Made by a program: the position numbers and the translations under genes
Sequence record: SRR31156797_8840
Length of the DNA stretch: 51,684 nt
Strand: one strand, 5' to 3'
Notes under the pieces: generated by a model
Databases searched by the model: none
Seen by the model: the letters and a program-made list of their open reading frames with translations, nothing else
Told to the model about the DNA's origin: nothing
Shown here: piece after piece, positions 38,168 through 48,259 of the stretch
Numbering within the stretch: the stretch's first letter is position 1
Layout: every line of letters begins with the position of its first letter

Positions 38168-39310
38168 TTATTCCCAGCCATTAAGTATTTCATTGTATTT
38201 TTTGCATGTACCGGATTCAAGATATTCACGAATTATTTTTGCAGTGTAAGCGCCAACACCTTTAATTGATTCGAGTTTTTCCTTCATTTCAGATACCGGA
38301 CAATCCAGTCTGCTGATGTTGTAAGCGGCATATCCAAATGGAGATATTTTACCTTGTATTTTTAGTGTTTGATCCATTTGCTCCAACATCAGGATAAGTT
38401 TTTCATGCTGACTAAGGACGCCTTCATAAAATTGAGGAGATATCCACTTTGGAATTTTATACTGTCGATAAATTTTCAGGAACCTACTGCTGATCTTCTG
38501 GTAATACCCAGCTGAAACGCCTCCCCATTTGTTATCCCTGTAGATTTTATCATAGCCCTGTTTAAAACCCGGATAATGCTTTTGGAGAAAATCATGAAAA
38601 TGGTCTTTTTGTCTGCCGGGTTTGAGTGTCATCCCACCAAATAACATCCAATCAACATGGCAATTCTTTAACGAATTCAGGCTTTGGTTAAGCATTTCTT
38701 CCGAATCAGTAATTCCCGGAATAACCGGCATTAGCATTGCCCCAACAGGGATTCCTGCAGCTTTGAATTCACGAATTGCCTGTAATCTTTTTGATGGTAA
38801 TGAAGCGCAGGGTTCAAGGAGTTTAGCCAATTCATCATTAACGGTGGAAAAACTAAAACTCACCAAAACATTTGAAATTTTGTTGAGTTTTTTGATCAGG
38901 TCAAGATCACGAAAGATCAAATCAGATTTTGTGAGCAGGTGAACCGGTATTTTGTATTTGAGGAATACCTCCAGGCATTTTCTGGCTAACTCATACTTTT
39001 CTTCTGCAGGTTGATAAGAATCCCCCACACCCCCTCCCAAAACCACAAAACCATTTTTCATGGGTTTTCTCTTACGTCCGGGATCAATCGCCCTGTCCAA
39101 CAATTCATGTGCATTTATTTTTGCACTTACAATATTACCAAAGTCTTTACCCACCCTGTACTTTTCTGCCCTACCGTCACAATAAACACAATCATGCGCA
39201 CAGCCCCGGTATATGTTCAGACCATACCTGGCGATAAACCATGAATCTATCTTTTTATATGTCCTCAGGATGGACTTGGCAGTTATCCTTTGTATCGCTG
39301 TCCTTTCCAT
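38168..39310 (-). CDS. radical SAM protein (SPL/Rv2578c-like) with C-terminal HhH domain
   Basis: YRGCAHDCVYC, DSYQP.E, LTKS, MPVIPGITD; C-terminal IKGVG..TA.II.EYL.SG. Confidence 0.85.
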   Translation of the reverse strand: MERTAIQRITAKSILRTYKKIDSWFIARYGLNIYRGCAHDCVYCDGRAEKYRVGKDFGNIVSAKINAHELLDRAIDPGRKRKPMKNGFVVLGGGVGDSYQPAEEKYELARKCLEVFLKYKIPVHLLTKSDLIFRDLDLIKKLNKISNVLVSFSFSTVNDELAKLLEPCASLPSKRLQAIREFKAAGIPVGAMLMPVIPGITDSEEMLNQSLNSLKNCHVDWMLFGGMTLKPGRQKDHFHDFLQKHYPGFKQGYDKIYRDNKWGGVSAGYYQKISSRFLKIYRQYKIPKWISPQFYEGVLSQHEKLILMLEQMDQTLKIQGKISPFGYAAYNISRLDCPVSEMKEKLESIKGVGAYTAKIIREYLESGTCKKYNEILNGWE

Positions 39311-39319
39311 TTTTCAGGA

Positions 39320-39949
39320 TTACTTCCTTAAAAATGACAGGAAAATAAGAGACTTCTCTGAACTAACCGGTATCTCATCTTCTTCGAGTTGTTGCAAGCC
39401 ATTCGATGTAAGGGTTTCATGAATCAATTGCTTATCCACAGCGTGGGACACTCCTGAAAGCGCTTTTAGCGACTTATAAGGTGAAGAAGAAACAAATGCA
39501 GCTCCGTAATTTTTTTGGATTGCCAACGCAAGCACTCCGCCATGATTCAGGGCTTTAACCATTTTCAGAAGTACAATTGCCGGATCGACATATTCGAGCA
39601 ATAATCCGGTAAAAATCAGATCGACAGATTCAGAGCACCAGTTATAGTTTTGTATATCAGCTTGCAGCAATTCAAGACCCGGTATTTTTTGTTGGTATCT
39701 CGATCCGGCAATTTTAAGGTATTCAGGATTTACATCCATAGCAATCACCCTTTGTGTAATGCGATTATCTACATGTTCTAATCCATTCCCTGTGGAACAT
39801 CCCGGCAACCCAAAAATGGCTGGTTGATGTTTTTTGAGAACGTATCCAATAAGTTCGTTCAGCACCTGTAATTGCCCTACCTGTGCCATGTGTTTTTCAT
39901 AATCACAGGCTGGTATTTCGAGCCATGGATTAACCATAATTAATATCAA
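39320..39949 (-). CDS. class I SAM-dependent methyltransferase
   Basis: NPWLEIP..DYE.HM, GC.TGNG, DVNPEY, EYVD. Confidence 0.8.
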   Translation of the reverse strand: MILIMVNPWLEIPACDYEKHMAQVGQLQVLNELIGYVLKKHQPAIFGLPGCSTGNGLEHVDNRITQRVIAMDVNPEYLKIAGSRYQQKIPGLELLQADIQNYNWCSESVDLIFTGLLLEYVDPAIVLLKMVKALNHGGVLALAIQKNYGAAFVSSSPYKSLKALSGVSHAVDKQLIHETLTSNGLQQLEEDEIPVSSEKSLIFLSFLRK

Positions 39950-40752
39950 TATTTTTCCGGGACAAATGTCTGCTCATCCATAGGAGGACGAACATAACCC
40001 TTTGCATCAGGGCGTTCAGGCAGTTCAAAAGGTTCTGGCGTGAGGTCCTTATACGGTATCATGCTGAGGAGGTGATTGATACAATTCAGCCTGGCCTTTT
40101 TTTTGTCATCTGATGGCACAACATACCATGGCGATACTTTGGTATCGGTGTAAGCAAACATTTCATCCTTGGCGCGTGAATATTCAACCCATTTTTGACG
40201 TGATTGTACGTCCATGGGGCTGAGCTTCCAGCGTTTGGTGGGATCATTTATCCGGGCCTGGAAGCGGCGTTCCTGCTCTTCAACACTTACCGAAAACCAG
40301 TATTTGATCAGGATAATACCAGAGCGGATAAGCATTCTTTCGAAGTTTGGGCACGACCTGAGAAACTCCCAGTATTCATCGTCGGTACAAAACCCCATTA
40401 CGCGTTCAACACCGGCACGGTTATACCAGCTTCGATCGAGCAAAACCATTTCGCCTGCAGCGGGCAAATGAGGAGCATATCTTTGAAAATACCATTGCGT
40501 TTTTTCGCGTTCGGTAGGTGTACCTAAGGCCACTACCCTGCATATTCTGGGATTCAGGCTTTGGATAATTCGCTTAATGGTTCCACCTTTTCCTGCTGCA
40601 TCCCGCCCTTCAAAAATTACTACTACTTTGAGGCCTTTATGCTTAATCCATTCCTGAAGCTTTACGAGTTCGATTTGCATGTTACGAAGTTCACTTTCGT
40701 AAAAATCGTTGGATAATTTCTTTTTTCCGTTTTTTTTATTGTTGTTACCCAT
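39946..40752 (-). CDS. ppk2: polyphosphate kinase 2
   Basis: FEGRDAAGKGG, WYFQRY, DRSWYNRAGVERVMGF, WKLSP.D. Confidence 0.95.
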   Translation of the reverse strand: MGNNNKKNGKKKLSNDFYESELRNMQIELVKLQEWIKHKGLKVVVIFEGRDAAGKGGTIKRIIQSLNPRICRVVALGTPTEREKTQWYFQRYAPHLPAAGEMVLLDRSWYNRAGVERVMGFCTDDEYWEFLRSCPNFERMLIRSGIILIKYWFSVSVEEQERRFQARINDPTKRWKLSPMDVQSRQKWVEYSRAKDEMFAYTDTKVSPWYVVPSDDKKKARLNCINHLLSMIPYKDLTPEPFELPERPDAKGYVRPPMDEQTFVPEKY

Positions 40753-40774
40753 ACAAAAAAATTTTCGCGATTGA

Positions 40775-41935
40775 CTACAATTTTTTTACGCCATCACCTG
40801 CATCTGATAAATAAAATTCAGGTTTCAGACCGGTTTTATTTTGGTAGCTTTTACCAACGGCAGAAATAAAGTCTTCAACACTTTGTTCTTCAACAAGCGC
40901 AATAGCACATCCGCCAAACCCTGCGCCGGTCATCCTGGCGCCTAACACACCAGATTGTTTGCGGGCTTCTTCAACCATTACATCCAGTTCAGTACCAGTA
41001 ACTTCATAATCATACCTCAGGGAGTTATGCGATGCATTCATCAACTTTCCAAAAACCCTGAGATTTCTCTTTTTAAGAACCGATACTGCATCCAGAACAC
41101 GTTGGTTTTCAGCTAAAATATGCTTGGCCCTTTTCCGGATTGTGATATCAGGAATGTAGTGTTTCAGGTCGACAAACTCCTGGTAGGATAAATCACTAAG
41201 CGTATCAATCTTCTTTTGTGCTGAAAGAAAATCCACAGCCTGGCTACATTCTTTTACCCGTTCATTATATTTCGAATCGGCAAGTCCCCTCGGTTTATTT
41301 GTGTTTGCAATCACAATTTTATATCCTTCAAGATTTAATGGCACCAACTCATATTCCAGTGTGCCACAATCAAGAAAAAGTGCATGTCCGGAATTCCCCA
41401 TCCCAACGGCAAACTGGTCCATGATACCGCAATTCAAACCTACAAATTCATTCTCTGCTTTTTGAGATAGTATAACCAGTTCTACCGTATCAAGCTTCAA
41501 ATTGAATAAATCATTCAGGGCATAGGCTGTAACTACCTCGATGGAAGCTGAAGATGAGAGTCCCGCACCATTTGGGATATCACCGGCATAGAGCAAATCC
41601 AGGCCTTCAGGCTCCAGGCCACGATTTATCAGCTGATCGAAAACACCAAGCGGATAATTCATCCACTTCCCAGGTAATTGGTCAGAAATATTTTTTATGG
41701 AAATTTCTCCACCATAGTCAAAGCTCTCAGACTTGAATCGCAGGGTGCTGAGATCATTTTCGCGAATTAAAAGGTACGTTCCGTATGTAATGGCACACGG
41801 AAAAACATAACCATTGTTGTAATCGGTATGTTCCCCGATGAGGTTTATGCGTCCCGGTGCAAAATAGACAACAACCTCATTGTCTGATGTTCCAAAGAAT
41901 TCGTAAAATTTTGATTTAAGGTGTTCGATATCCAT
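40775..41935 (-). CDS. galK: galactokinase
   Basis: PGRINLIGEHTDYN, GAGLSSSA, CGIMDQF, GARMTGAGFGG. Confidence 0.95.
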   Translation of the reverse strand: MDIEHLKSKFYEFFGTSDNEVVVYFAPGRINLIGEHTDYNNGYVFPCAITYGTYLLIRENDLSTLRFKSESFDYGGEISIKNISDQLPGKWMNYPLGVFDQLINRGLEPEGLDLLYAGDIPNGAGLSSSASIEVVTAYALNDLFNLKLDTVELVILSQKAENEFVGLNCGIMDQFAVGMGNSGHALFLDCGTLEYELVPLNLEGYKIVIANTNKPRGLADSKYNERVKECSQAVDFLSAQKKIDTLSDLSYQEFVDLKHYIPDITIRKRAKHILAENQRVLDAVSVLKKRNLRVFGKLMNASHNSLRYDYEVTGTELDVMVEEARKQSGVLGARMTGAGFGGCAIALVEEQSVEDFISAVGKSYQNKTGLKPEFYLSDAGDGVKKL

Positions 41936-42100
41936 AGCAAACTTTTGAATGAATGTACGAAACTACAATATTTTTTTATGGACATAACTAAATTTGTTCA
42001 CAAACAATGTAGGTTTTTGCACAGCCAAAACCAGGAAAATAAATCCATTAAACCGGTTTCCGGACAAATTGGAAAGTAGGGTTTACGCAAGTTTTTTATC

Positions 42101-42108
42101 TATTTTTG
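42101..42108 (+). promoter_or_regulatory. Bacteroidota -7 promoter element
   Basis: TATTTTTG 23 nt upstream of the start. Confidence 0.5.
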
Positions 42109-42130
42109 CCATTGAACCAGATTTAAAAAC

Positions 42131-43108
42131 ATGAATAATTTTAATTTACGTAAGGCACTAATTTATATTTCATTTTTACTCCTGCTGATCCCGGATGTTT
42201 CAGCGCAACCGGGGCCTAAATTTTCTGAAGCTGAGCGAAACTGGTCGGAATACGACCTGACCGGATGGCGTTTTGGTATCAACATCGGTATGTATTTCGC
42301 CAGTAATTATTCCGCACAGTATTACAGCGGCGAACCCTTCAATGTAAACAACATCGATTATGTGCTGAACAACCAGTACTGGTACGAGGAAATCCAGCAG
42401 GAACTCAACAGTAACAAGGTTTATAATACTTTTGATTACCTTCCTCCACAAGCCTTTGCCAGCAGCTGGGAGGCCTGGAAAAATCAGTATGATGTGCAGG
42501 AGGGCGATAAAACCTGGTGGGTTTATTATCCACTTGAAATGAAATACGATGCTACAATTTCACCCGGATTTTATGCCAAATACAATTTCAACAATACCAC
42601 CGGAGTGTTTATCCAGACCAACTATGTTGAGTTAAAAACCAGCGGGGCCTTTCAGCTGGTGATCGATACAGTGACCTACACCAGCGAGCCGGGATTCAGA
42701 ACCGGTTTTTTGCGTGGCAAAGAACGCCGGAGTACCATTGACCTTGGCATCAGCAAATTTTACAGGACGGGCCAGTACACCAGTATCTTCATCGAAACCG
42801 GCCTACACATGAACAGTACAAAAGTTTTGGAAAGCCGTCTAAAAATCGGGAAAAGAGAATATACAATGATAAACCGGTATGGTTCCGGCGGGTACGTGCC
42901 GAATTCAAATAGTTATGCTTATGATGTTTACCAGGGCGGTATTGGATTTGGGGTATTCCTGAATGGAGGACTGAAATTCATTTTAAACGAATCAGTGTCT
43001 TTCGATCCCGGTGTATCTATTTATTACAAAAACCTGAATCTGGAAGGTTATTCTGACTTTAAGCCTGATATTTATGCTTACGTGAGAATAGTCTTCGATT
43101 TGTTTTAA
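42131..43108 (+). CDS. hypothetical outer-membrane beta-barrel protein
   Basis: Signal peptide, alternating aromatic strands, C-terminal Phe. Confidence 0.65.
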   Translation: MNNFNLRKALIYISFLLLLIPDVSAQPGPKFSEAERNWSEYDLTGWRFGINIGMYFASNYSAQYYSGEPFNVNNIDYVLNNQYWYEEIQQELNSNKVYNTFDYLPPQAFASSWEAWKNQYDVQEGDKTWWVYYPLEMKYDATISPGFYAKYNFNNTTGVFIQTNYVELKTSGAFQLVIDTVTYTSEPGFRTGFLRGKERRSTIDLGISKFYRTGQYTSIFIETGLHMNSTKVLESRLKIGKREYTMINRYGSGGYVPNSNSYAYDVYQGGIGFGVFLNGGLKFILNESVSFDPGVSIYYKNLNLEGYSDFKPDIYAYVRIVFDLF

Positions 43109-43118
43109 CCACATCTCC

Positions 43119-43703
43119 ATGATTACAATCCGGGAAGCCAACAAACTGCTCAAAAAATATGCTCGCCCCAATAGCAAAGCATACAAAATCCTTTTCCAAC
43201 ATTCCACTTCTGTAAAAAATCTGGCACTTAAAATCGCCGATAATAACCCGCAACTGGATGTTGACCGAAAGCTTCTTGAAGTTGCCTCCATGCTGCACGA
43301 CATTGGAGTGGTTGAGACTCATGCGCCTGATATTGGTTGTTTTGGAGACCATCCATATATCCGTCATGGATACCTGGGGCGCGACATTTTGGAGGATGAG
43401 GGTTTGCCCGATATTGCCCCCTTTTGTGAACGACATACCGGAACGGGTATTTCGAAAGCGGAAATCATCAGGTACAAATTACCACTCCCACATCGTGATA
43501 TGTTTCCGGTGAGTACAGAAGAAAAAATGCTCTGCTACGCTGACAAATTTTTTTCAAAGTCGGGAAAAAACCTGACCCAACCCAAGAAAATCAAAAAAAT
43601 CTACCGAAACCTATCAAAATATGGCGAAGACAAAGCCCGCAGGTTTGATGATTTTATTGGAATGTTTGGGATGTACTATGTTTATAACGCAAAGGGAAAA
43701 TAA
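43119..43703 (+). CDS. HD-domain phosphohydrolase (HDIG)
   Basis: HS..V, LHDIG, HG..G, ERHTG.G, YADKFFSK. Confidence 0.88.
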   Translation: MITIREANKLLKKYARPNSKAYKILFQHSTSVKNLALKIADNNPQLDVDRKLLEVASMLHDIGVVETHAPDIGCFGDHPYIRHGYLGRDILEDEGLPDIAPFCERHTGTGISKAEIIRYKLPLPHRDMFPVSTEEKMLCYADKFFSKSGKNLTQPKKIKKIYRNLSKYGEDKARRFDDFIGMFGMYYVYNAKGK

Positions 43704-43784
43704 AACGAACCGTTACTGTTACTCGCTTCAATTTTATTAAAATCAGATTTGTATCAAACAACAAACCAAACACTACATTGAATT

Positions 43785-45377
43785 ATGAAAACAACTTTGC
43801 TGACCATGCTGTTAATCGCAGGTTTTTGCTGCACCAGGCTTGCAGCTGATTCTATTGAGGTCTCGGGGATTGTTTCTGGCACCTGGAACGTGGACACTGT
43901 AAATGTTGTTGGTAATATACAAATCAGGGAAGTGGAAACGCTGGAAATTTCTCCCGGCACAATCGTTCTTTTTAGGGGCGAATATTATTTTGAAATACAG
44001 GGCTGCCTCAAAGCCATCGGCACAGAAAATCAGCCGATCTTTTTTACCATCAACGATACAACGGATTTCCACAACGACACCATTCCGCAAGGTGGCTGGA
44101 AACAGTTACGTATTGAAAACGTTACGCCTTCGGTCGATACTACAATACTCCGTTTTTGTGATTTTCGTTTTGGAAAAGCCGTTGCTGCTGATTCAGTACA
44201 TGGATTTGGAGGTGCTGTTTGCATAAGAAACACCAATAAAGTCGCGATCCATAATTGCAATTTCCGGAATAACTATGCTTATTACAATGGTGGCGCCATT
44301 TACCTCGAAGGGGCCTCCGTCAAGATCACCAACAATCATTTTGAATCAAACAGGTGTGGGCAAACTTTTGCCTATTATGGCTACGGAGGTGCCCTATGTA
44401 CGGATTGGGGTGAACCACAGCTAAAACAAAATTATTTCACGCAAAACTCCACAACGGGTGTAGGCGGTGGTTTGTGCGTAAGGTATAGCGACTGTGTGGT
44501 TTCCCATAATGTGTTTGATGATAATTTCAGTGCCATCGGCGGAGCATTTAGTATCCTGCACATCGACACGTGTAATTGGACAATCAACAACAACCTGGTG
44601 ATTAATAACGGATCAGCATTTTTTGGCGCCGGAATATCAACCCACAATTGCAGCCCAACTTATGTAAACAATACAGTCTGCGACAATCATTGCATTGGCG
44701 GAGGTGGTGGTTTTTACTGCAAGGACTCTGTTGTGCCGGTGCTTTACAATAACATCCTTTACGGGAACACGCAATACGGTGGCGAGCCCAACCAGGTTTA
44801 TTTATGGGATTTGCTGGCACAGCCTGATTTTTACTATAACAATGTTGAGGGTGGGTATGAAAATTTTGCCGGAACAGGCGGCACTGCATATTCAGGAAAT
44901 TATGAAAGCAACATAGATGAAGACCCCATGTTTGGTCAGGATGATTATGTTCCGGATCCAATATCACCATGCGTAAATGCCGGGACACCCGATACTGCCG
45001 GATTAATGATTCCATTACTGGATATTCGGGGAAATGACCGGATTATTGAAAGCATCATAGACATAGGTGCATACGAAAAGCAGAATTTGGTATTGGTTTT
45101 CGAACAACCTGCCCACCACATCCAACTTAGCGAACCCATGCCTAACCCGACGCCTGGCTTCACTACTTTTAAGATAATGCTCGAAAACCCAAAACATATC
45201 CGGATAAAAATTATAAACAGCAATGGCAAGTTTGTTGCCTTAGTTACTGACAAATGGTTCAGTTCAGGAATACATACCGTATGCTGGGCGGCAGGTTCTG
45301 ATGTACTTCCTGGCACCTACCTTGCAATTTTATCACTGGACAATCAACAGTTTGTAAAAAAAGTTATTGTTCAGTAG
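43785..45377 (+). CDS. secreted right-handed parallel beta-helix protein with T9SS C-terminal domain
   Basis: Signal peptide, repeated N....GGA motifs, SPCVNAG, IDIGAYE, PNP...GTY...KK CTD. Confidence 0.85.
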   Translation: MKTTLLTMLLIAGFCCTRLAADSIEVSGIVSGTWNVDTVNVVGNIQIREVETLEISPGTIVLFRGEYYFEIQGCLKAIGTENQPIFFTINDTTDFHNDTIPQGGWKQLRIENVTPSVDTTILRFCDFRFGKAVAADSVHGFGGAVCIRNTNKVAIHNCNFRNNYAYYNGGAIYLEGASVKITNNHFESNRCGQTFAYYGYGGALCTDWGEPQLKQNYFTQNSTTGVGGGLCVRYSDCVVSHNVFDDNFSAIGGAFSILHIDTCNWTINNNLVINNGSAFFGAGISTHNCSPTYVNNTVCDNHCIGGGGGFYCKDSVVPVLYNNILYGNTQYGGEPNQVYLWDLLAQPDFYYNNVEGGYENFAGTGGTAYSGNYESNIDEDPMFGQDDYVPDPISPCVNAGTPDTAGLMIPLLDIRGNDRIIESIIDIGAYEKQNLVLVFEQPAHHIQLSEPMPNPTPGFTTFKIMLENPKHIRIKIINSNGKFVALVTDKWFSSGIHTVCWAAGSDVLPGTYLAILSLDNQQFVKKVIVQ

Positions 45378-45455
45378 AATTACACCTGATTTCACAATCA
45401 GACAAGGACCTATTCAAATTATTGTAACTTTAGCAATAAATTTAAAGCGAAAAAC

Positions 45456-45701
45456 ATGTCTGATACGCTATGTGAAAATTTTGAGATATGCCGGCTGGTG
45501 TGTGCCAAAGATTATAAAATTGACAGGGGAGCAAAAGCGGTTTACATTAAACATTTCTGTTCCGCAGGGAAAGAAACCTGGTCGAAATGCAACAGGTATA
45601 CCACCAAAAAAGCACTTGATTTTTGTCCCGACTTTGTTTTACCCGACACCAGTTATAGCAATGAGGAAGTTTTGACAAAATTCGATGAAGGATCAAACTA
45701 A
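45456..45701 (+). CDS. small Cys-rich hypothetical protein
   Basis: 81 aa with 6 Cys (CENFEIC, HFC, SKCNRY, FCP); first gene of the tusE/desulfurase unit. Confidence 0.7.
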   Translation: MSDTLCENFEICRLVCAKDYKIDRGAKAVYIKHFCSAGKETWSKCNRYTTKKALDFCPDFVLPDTSYSNEEVLTKFDEGSN

Positions 45702-45748
45702 ACCAATTATCTGCTGTTTGAAAGCTGTTATTATGAGGAGAACTTAAA

Positions 45749-46066
45749 ATGCCAAAACTTGAATTAGATAACTTACTGATTGAAATTGATGACAGCGGAT
45801 ACATGACCGAACCCAGGAACTGGACCCGGGAAACAGCAATAAAAATTGCCAGATACGATGGGATTGGTGAACTAACCAAAAAACACTGGCAGGTGCTTAA
45901 CCTGATTAGAAATCACTGGGAGGAACATGACCGAGCTCCCATGATTCGGACATTATGCAACGAAACCGGATTAAAATTAAAGGACATATACGAACTTTTC
46001 CCACGTGGGCCGGCTCGCGGCGCATGCCGGATCGCCGGGCTCCCAAAACCCGAAGGATGTGTATAA
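45749..46066 (+). CDS. TusE/DsrC/DsvC family sulfur relay protein
   Basis: D..GY, LT..HW, P.IR, LFP.GP..GACRIAGLPKPEGCV. Confidence 0.92.
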   Translation: MPKLELDNLLIEIDDSGYMTEPRNWTRETAIKIARYDGIGELTKKHWQVLNLIRNHWEEHDRAPMIRTLCNETGLKLKDIYELFPRGPARGACRIAGLPKPEGCV

Positions 46067-46079
46067 ATTCTCTGCATAA

Positions 46080-47240
46080 ATGAAAGATCTGATTTACCTT
46101 GACAATGCTGCAACCACTTTTCCCAAACCAGAAGAGGTATACCAGTTTATGGACGCCTTTTACAGGAATCATGGTGTAAATCCGGGCCGGTCTGGCTTTG
46201 ACGCAGCCCTGGAAACTGAAGAGGTAATTTTTGAAACCCGCAAGCTTCTGACAGAACTTTTTAACGGAGATGATCCTACCAGGCTCACCTTTAGTTACAA
46301 TGCTTCTGATTCTTTGAATATGATTCTTCAGGGGCTCGCCGAAAAGGGCGATCACGTAATTACTACAAACCTGGAGCACAATTCGGTTTTGCGTCCACTT
46401 TACCATCTTGAGCAACAAGGCATTATAAAAACATCCTACATTCCATTTGACCAAAATGGTTTTGTGGATCCTGATGACATCCGAAAAAACATCACCCCAA
46501 AAACAAAATTGGTTGTGCTCAATCATGTGTCCAACATTTTAGGCACGGTGCAGCCAGCAAGGGAAATTGGCCAAATCTGCAAAAAAACAGGTGTCTATTT
46601 TATCCTGGATGCAAGCCAGAGTGGAGGGAACATAGCTATTGACGCACTGGGATGGGGTGTAGATGCCGTAATTTTTACCGGGCATAAATCCTTGATGGGA
46701 CCAACAGGGATAGGTGGCTCATGGGTATCGGAAAAGTTGCCTGTGCAAGGAACCCGATTTGGCGGAACAGGCGTGAGGTCAGCGCAGCGTAGCCATCTCA
46801 ACGAATTTCCTTACAGGCTTGAGTGTGGAACCCTTAATACCCTCGGAGTGGCAGGTTTAAATGCTGGTGTTAAATGGGTAACCAACCAGGGTATTGACAA
46901 TTTAGCAGCTAAAAAACTCAGGCTTTACAACAAACTTCGGGCTGCGCTCAGGGAAATTGATAATGTGGAGATTTATTGTGGAAACAACCACAAAAACCAA
47001 CAAGCTGTTTTATGCATGAACATAAAAGGACTGCCTGCCGGAGATGTGGGTATGATGCTGGACGTGGATCATAACATTGCCGTGCGAACCGGACTCCAAT
47101 GTGCGCCATTGGTTCACAATCAACTCGGAACTGATAAAATAAAGGGTGGAGTGAGATTTAGTCCTGGCCCATTCAATACCGAAAAGCATATCAATGAGGC
47201 AATTGCAGGAGTTACTGAAATAGCCGGTCTTGTTGGTTAA
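46080..47240 (+). CDS. class V cysteine desulfurase family protein
   Basis: YLDNAATTFPKP, EHNSV.RP, TGHKSL.GP.G, E.GT.N, VRTGLQCAP. Confidence 0.9.
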   Translation: MKDLIYLDNAATTFPKPEEVYQFMDAFYRNHGVNPGRSGFDAALETEEVIFETRKLLTELFNGDDPTRLTFSYNASDSLNMILQGLAEKGDHVITTNLEHNSVLRPLYHLEQQGIIKTSYIPFDQNGFVDPDDIRKNITPKTKLVVLNHVSNILGTVQPAREIGQICKKTGVYFILDASQSGGNIAIDALGWGVDAVIFTGHKSLMGPTGIGGSWVSEKLPVQGTRFGGTGVRSAQRSHLNEFPYRLECGTLNTLGVAGLNAGVKWVTNQGIDNLAAKKLRLYNKLRAALREIDNVEIYCGNNHKNQQAVLCMNIKGLPAGDVGMMLDVDHNIAVRTGLQCAPLVHNQLGTDKIKGGVRFSPGPFNTEKHINEAIAGVTEIAGLVG

Positions 47241-48259
47241 ATACTCCAGCTGGTCAATCCTGTGGTTGTGAATTCATAACGTTTTACCTGCCCGCCAAAT
47301 GCCTCCAGCGCTTTCACCACGTGAGTCCTGGTATTTTCCGGGCAATAGAAAAACATAAACCCTCCCCCTCCGGCACCTGAAATTTTCCCACCACTGGCAC
47401 CTGCATTTTTTGCTGCATCGTAAATCTGGTCGATCATAGAATTGCTGATTCCGGGAGCCATTTGCTTTTTATATTCCCAACCAAAGTCGAGTATCTCACC
47501 TATTTTCTCGAGCTCTCCTTTAAGGATTGCTTCTTTCATCATCACCGCTTGTCTTTTAAGCTGGTGCATGGCTTCGATGGATTTTTTGTTCTCTGAAACC
47601 ACATTTTTAGTTTGTGATTCGATGATCTTTGAAGATAAACGACTTGTACCGGTAAAATAAAGCACCAGGTTGTAAGCCAACTCGTTGAGATATTTGCTTC
47701 GTATGCGAAGCGGATTTACGATCACTTTATCTTCCTTGTAAAACTCCATGAAATTTACCCCGCCAAATGTTGCAGCATACTGATCCTGTTTTCCACCTGC
47801 CATATTCAGATCTTCCCGTTCAATTGCATAAGCAAGATGAGCCAGGTCATATTCTCCCAGAGGTAACTTAAGCCATTCGGCAAATGCACCCAGGATAGTC
47901 ACCACAAGTGTCGAAGAGGTTCCTAGACCGGAACCAGGAGGTGCATCCACAAAAGTGGTAAGCCTGAATGAAAGTGGTTTTTTTTCGAAGTCTTTTACCA
48001 CACGGTTGTAAATACCCTTAAGCAAATCGAGTTCACCGTCAATTTCAAGCTCTTCTCTGCTATCCAGTACCAGTTCCATCTCCTTATCTACTGATGATAA
48101 AATGATTTTGCCATCATTACGGGGTTCAACTGTTGCGTAGGCATACATACTGATTGTGGCATTTAAAATGGCGCCACCATAAAGGTCGGAATAAGGCCCA
48201 ACATCGGTGCCACCGCCGGCAAGACCAAGTCGTAATGGTGATTTGCTTCTGTATATCAT
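47237..48259 (-). CDS. hddA: GHMP kinase, D-glycero-D-manno-heptose 7-phosphate kinase (HddA-like)
   Basis: PLRLGLAGGGTD, PGSGLGTSS, GGKQDQY, KISGAGGGGF. Confidence 0.8.
   Translation of the reverse strand: MIYRSKSPLRLGLAGGGTDVGPYSDLYGGAILNATISMYAYATVEPRNDGKIILSSVDKEMELVLDSREELEIDGELDLLKGIYNRVVKDFEKKPLSFRLTTFVDAPPGSGLGTSSTLVVTILGAFAEWLKLPLGEYDLAHLAYAIEREDLNMAGGKQDQYAATFGGVNFMEFYKEDKVIVNPLRIRSKYLNELAYNLVLYFTGTSRLSSKIIESQTKNVVSENKKSIEAMHQLKRQAVMMKEAILKGELEKIGEILDFGWEYKKQMAPGISNSMIDQIYDAAKNAGASGGKISGAGGGGFMFFYCPENTRTHVVKALEAFGGQVKRYEFTTTGLTSWSI

Noticed and set aside
45906-46526. 206-aa minus-strand ORF, and many other 60-190 aa overlapping ORFs in the track
   Set aside because: Antisense or out-of-frame shadows of well-supported genes.
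26761-47240. Several sulfur-related genes (two class V enzymes, rhodanese, miaB, DsrC-like) as a single pathway island
   Set aside because: They are scattered over 20 kb among unrelated housekeeping genes; only 45456-47240 is tightly linked.
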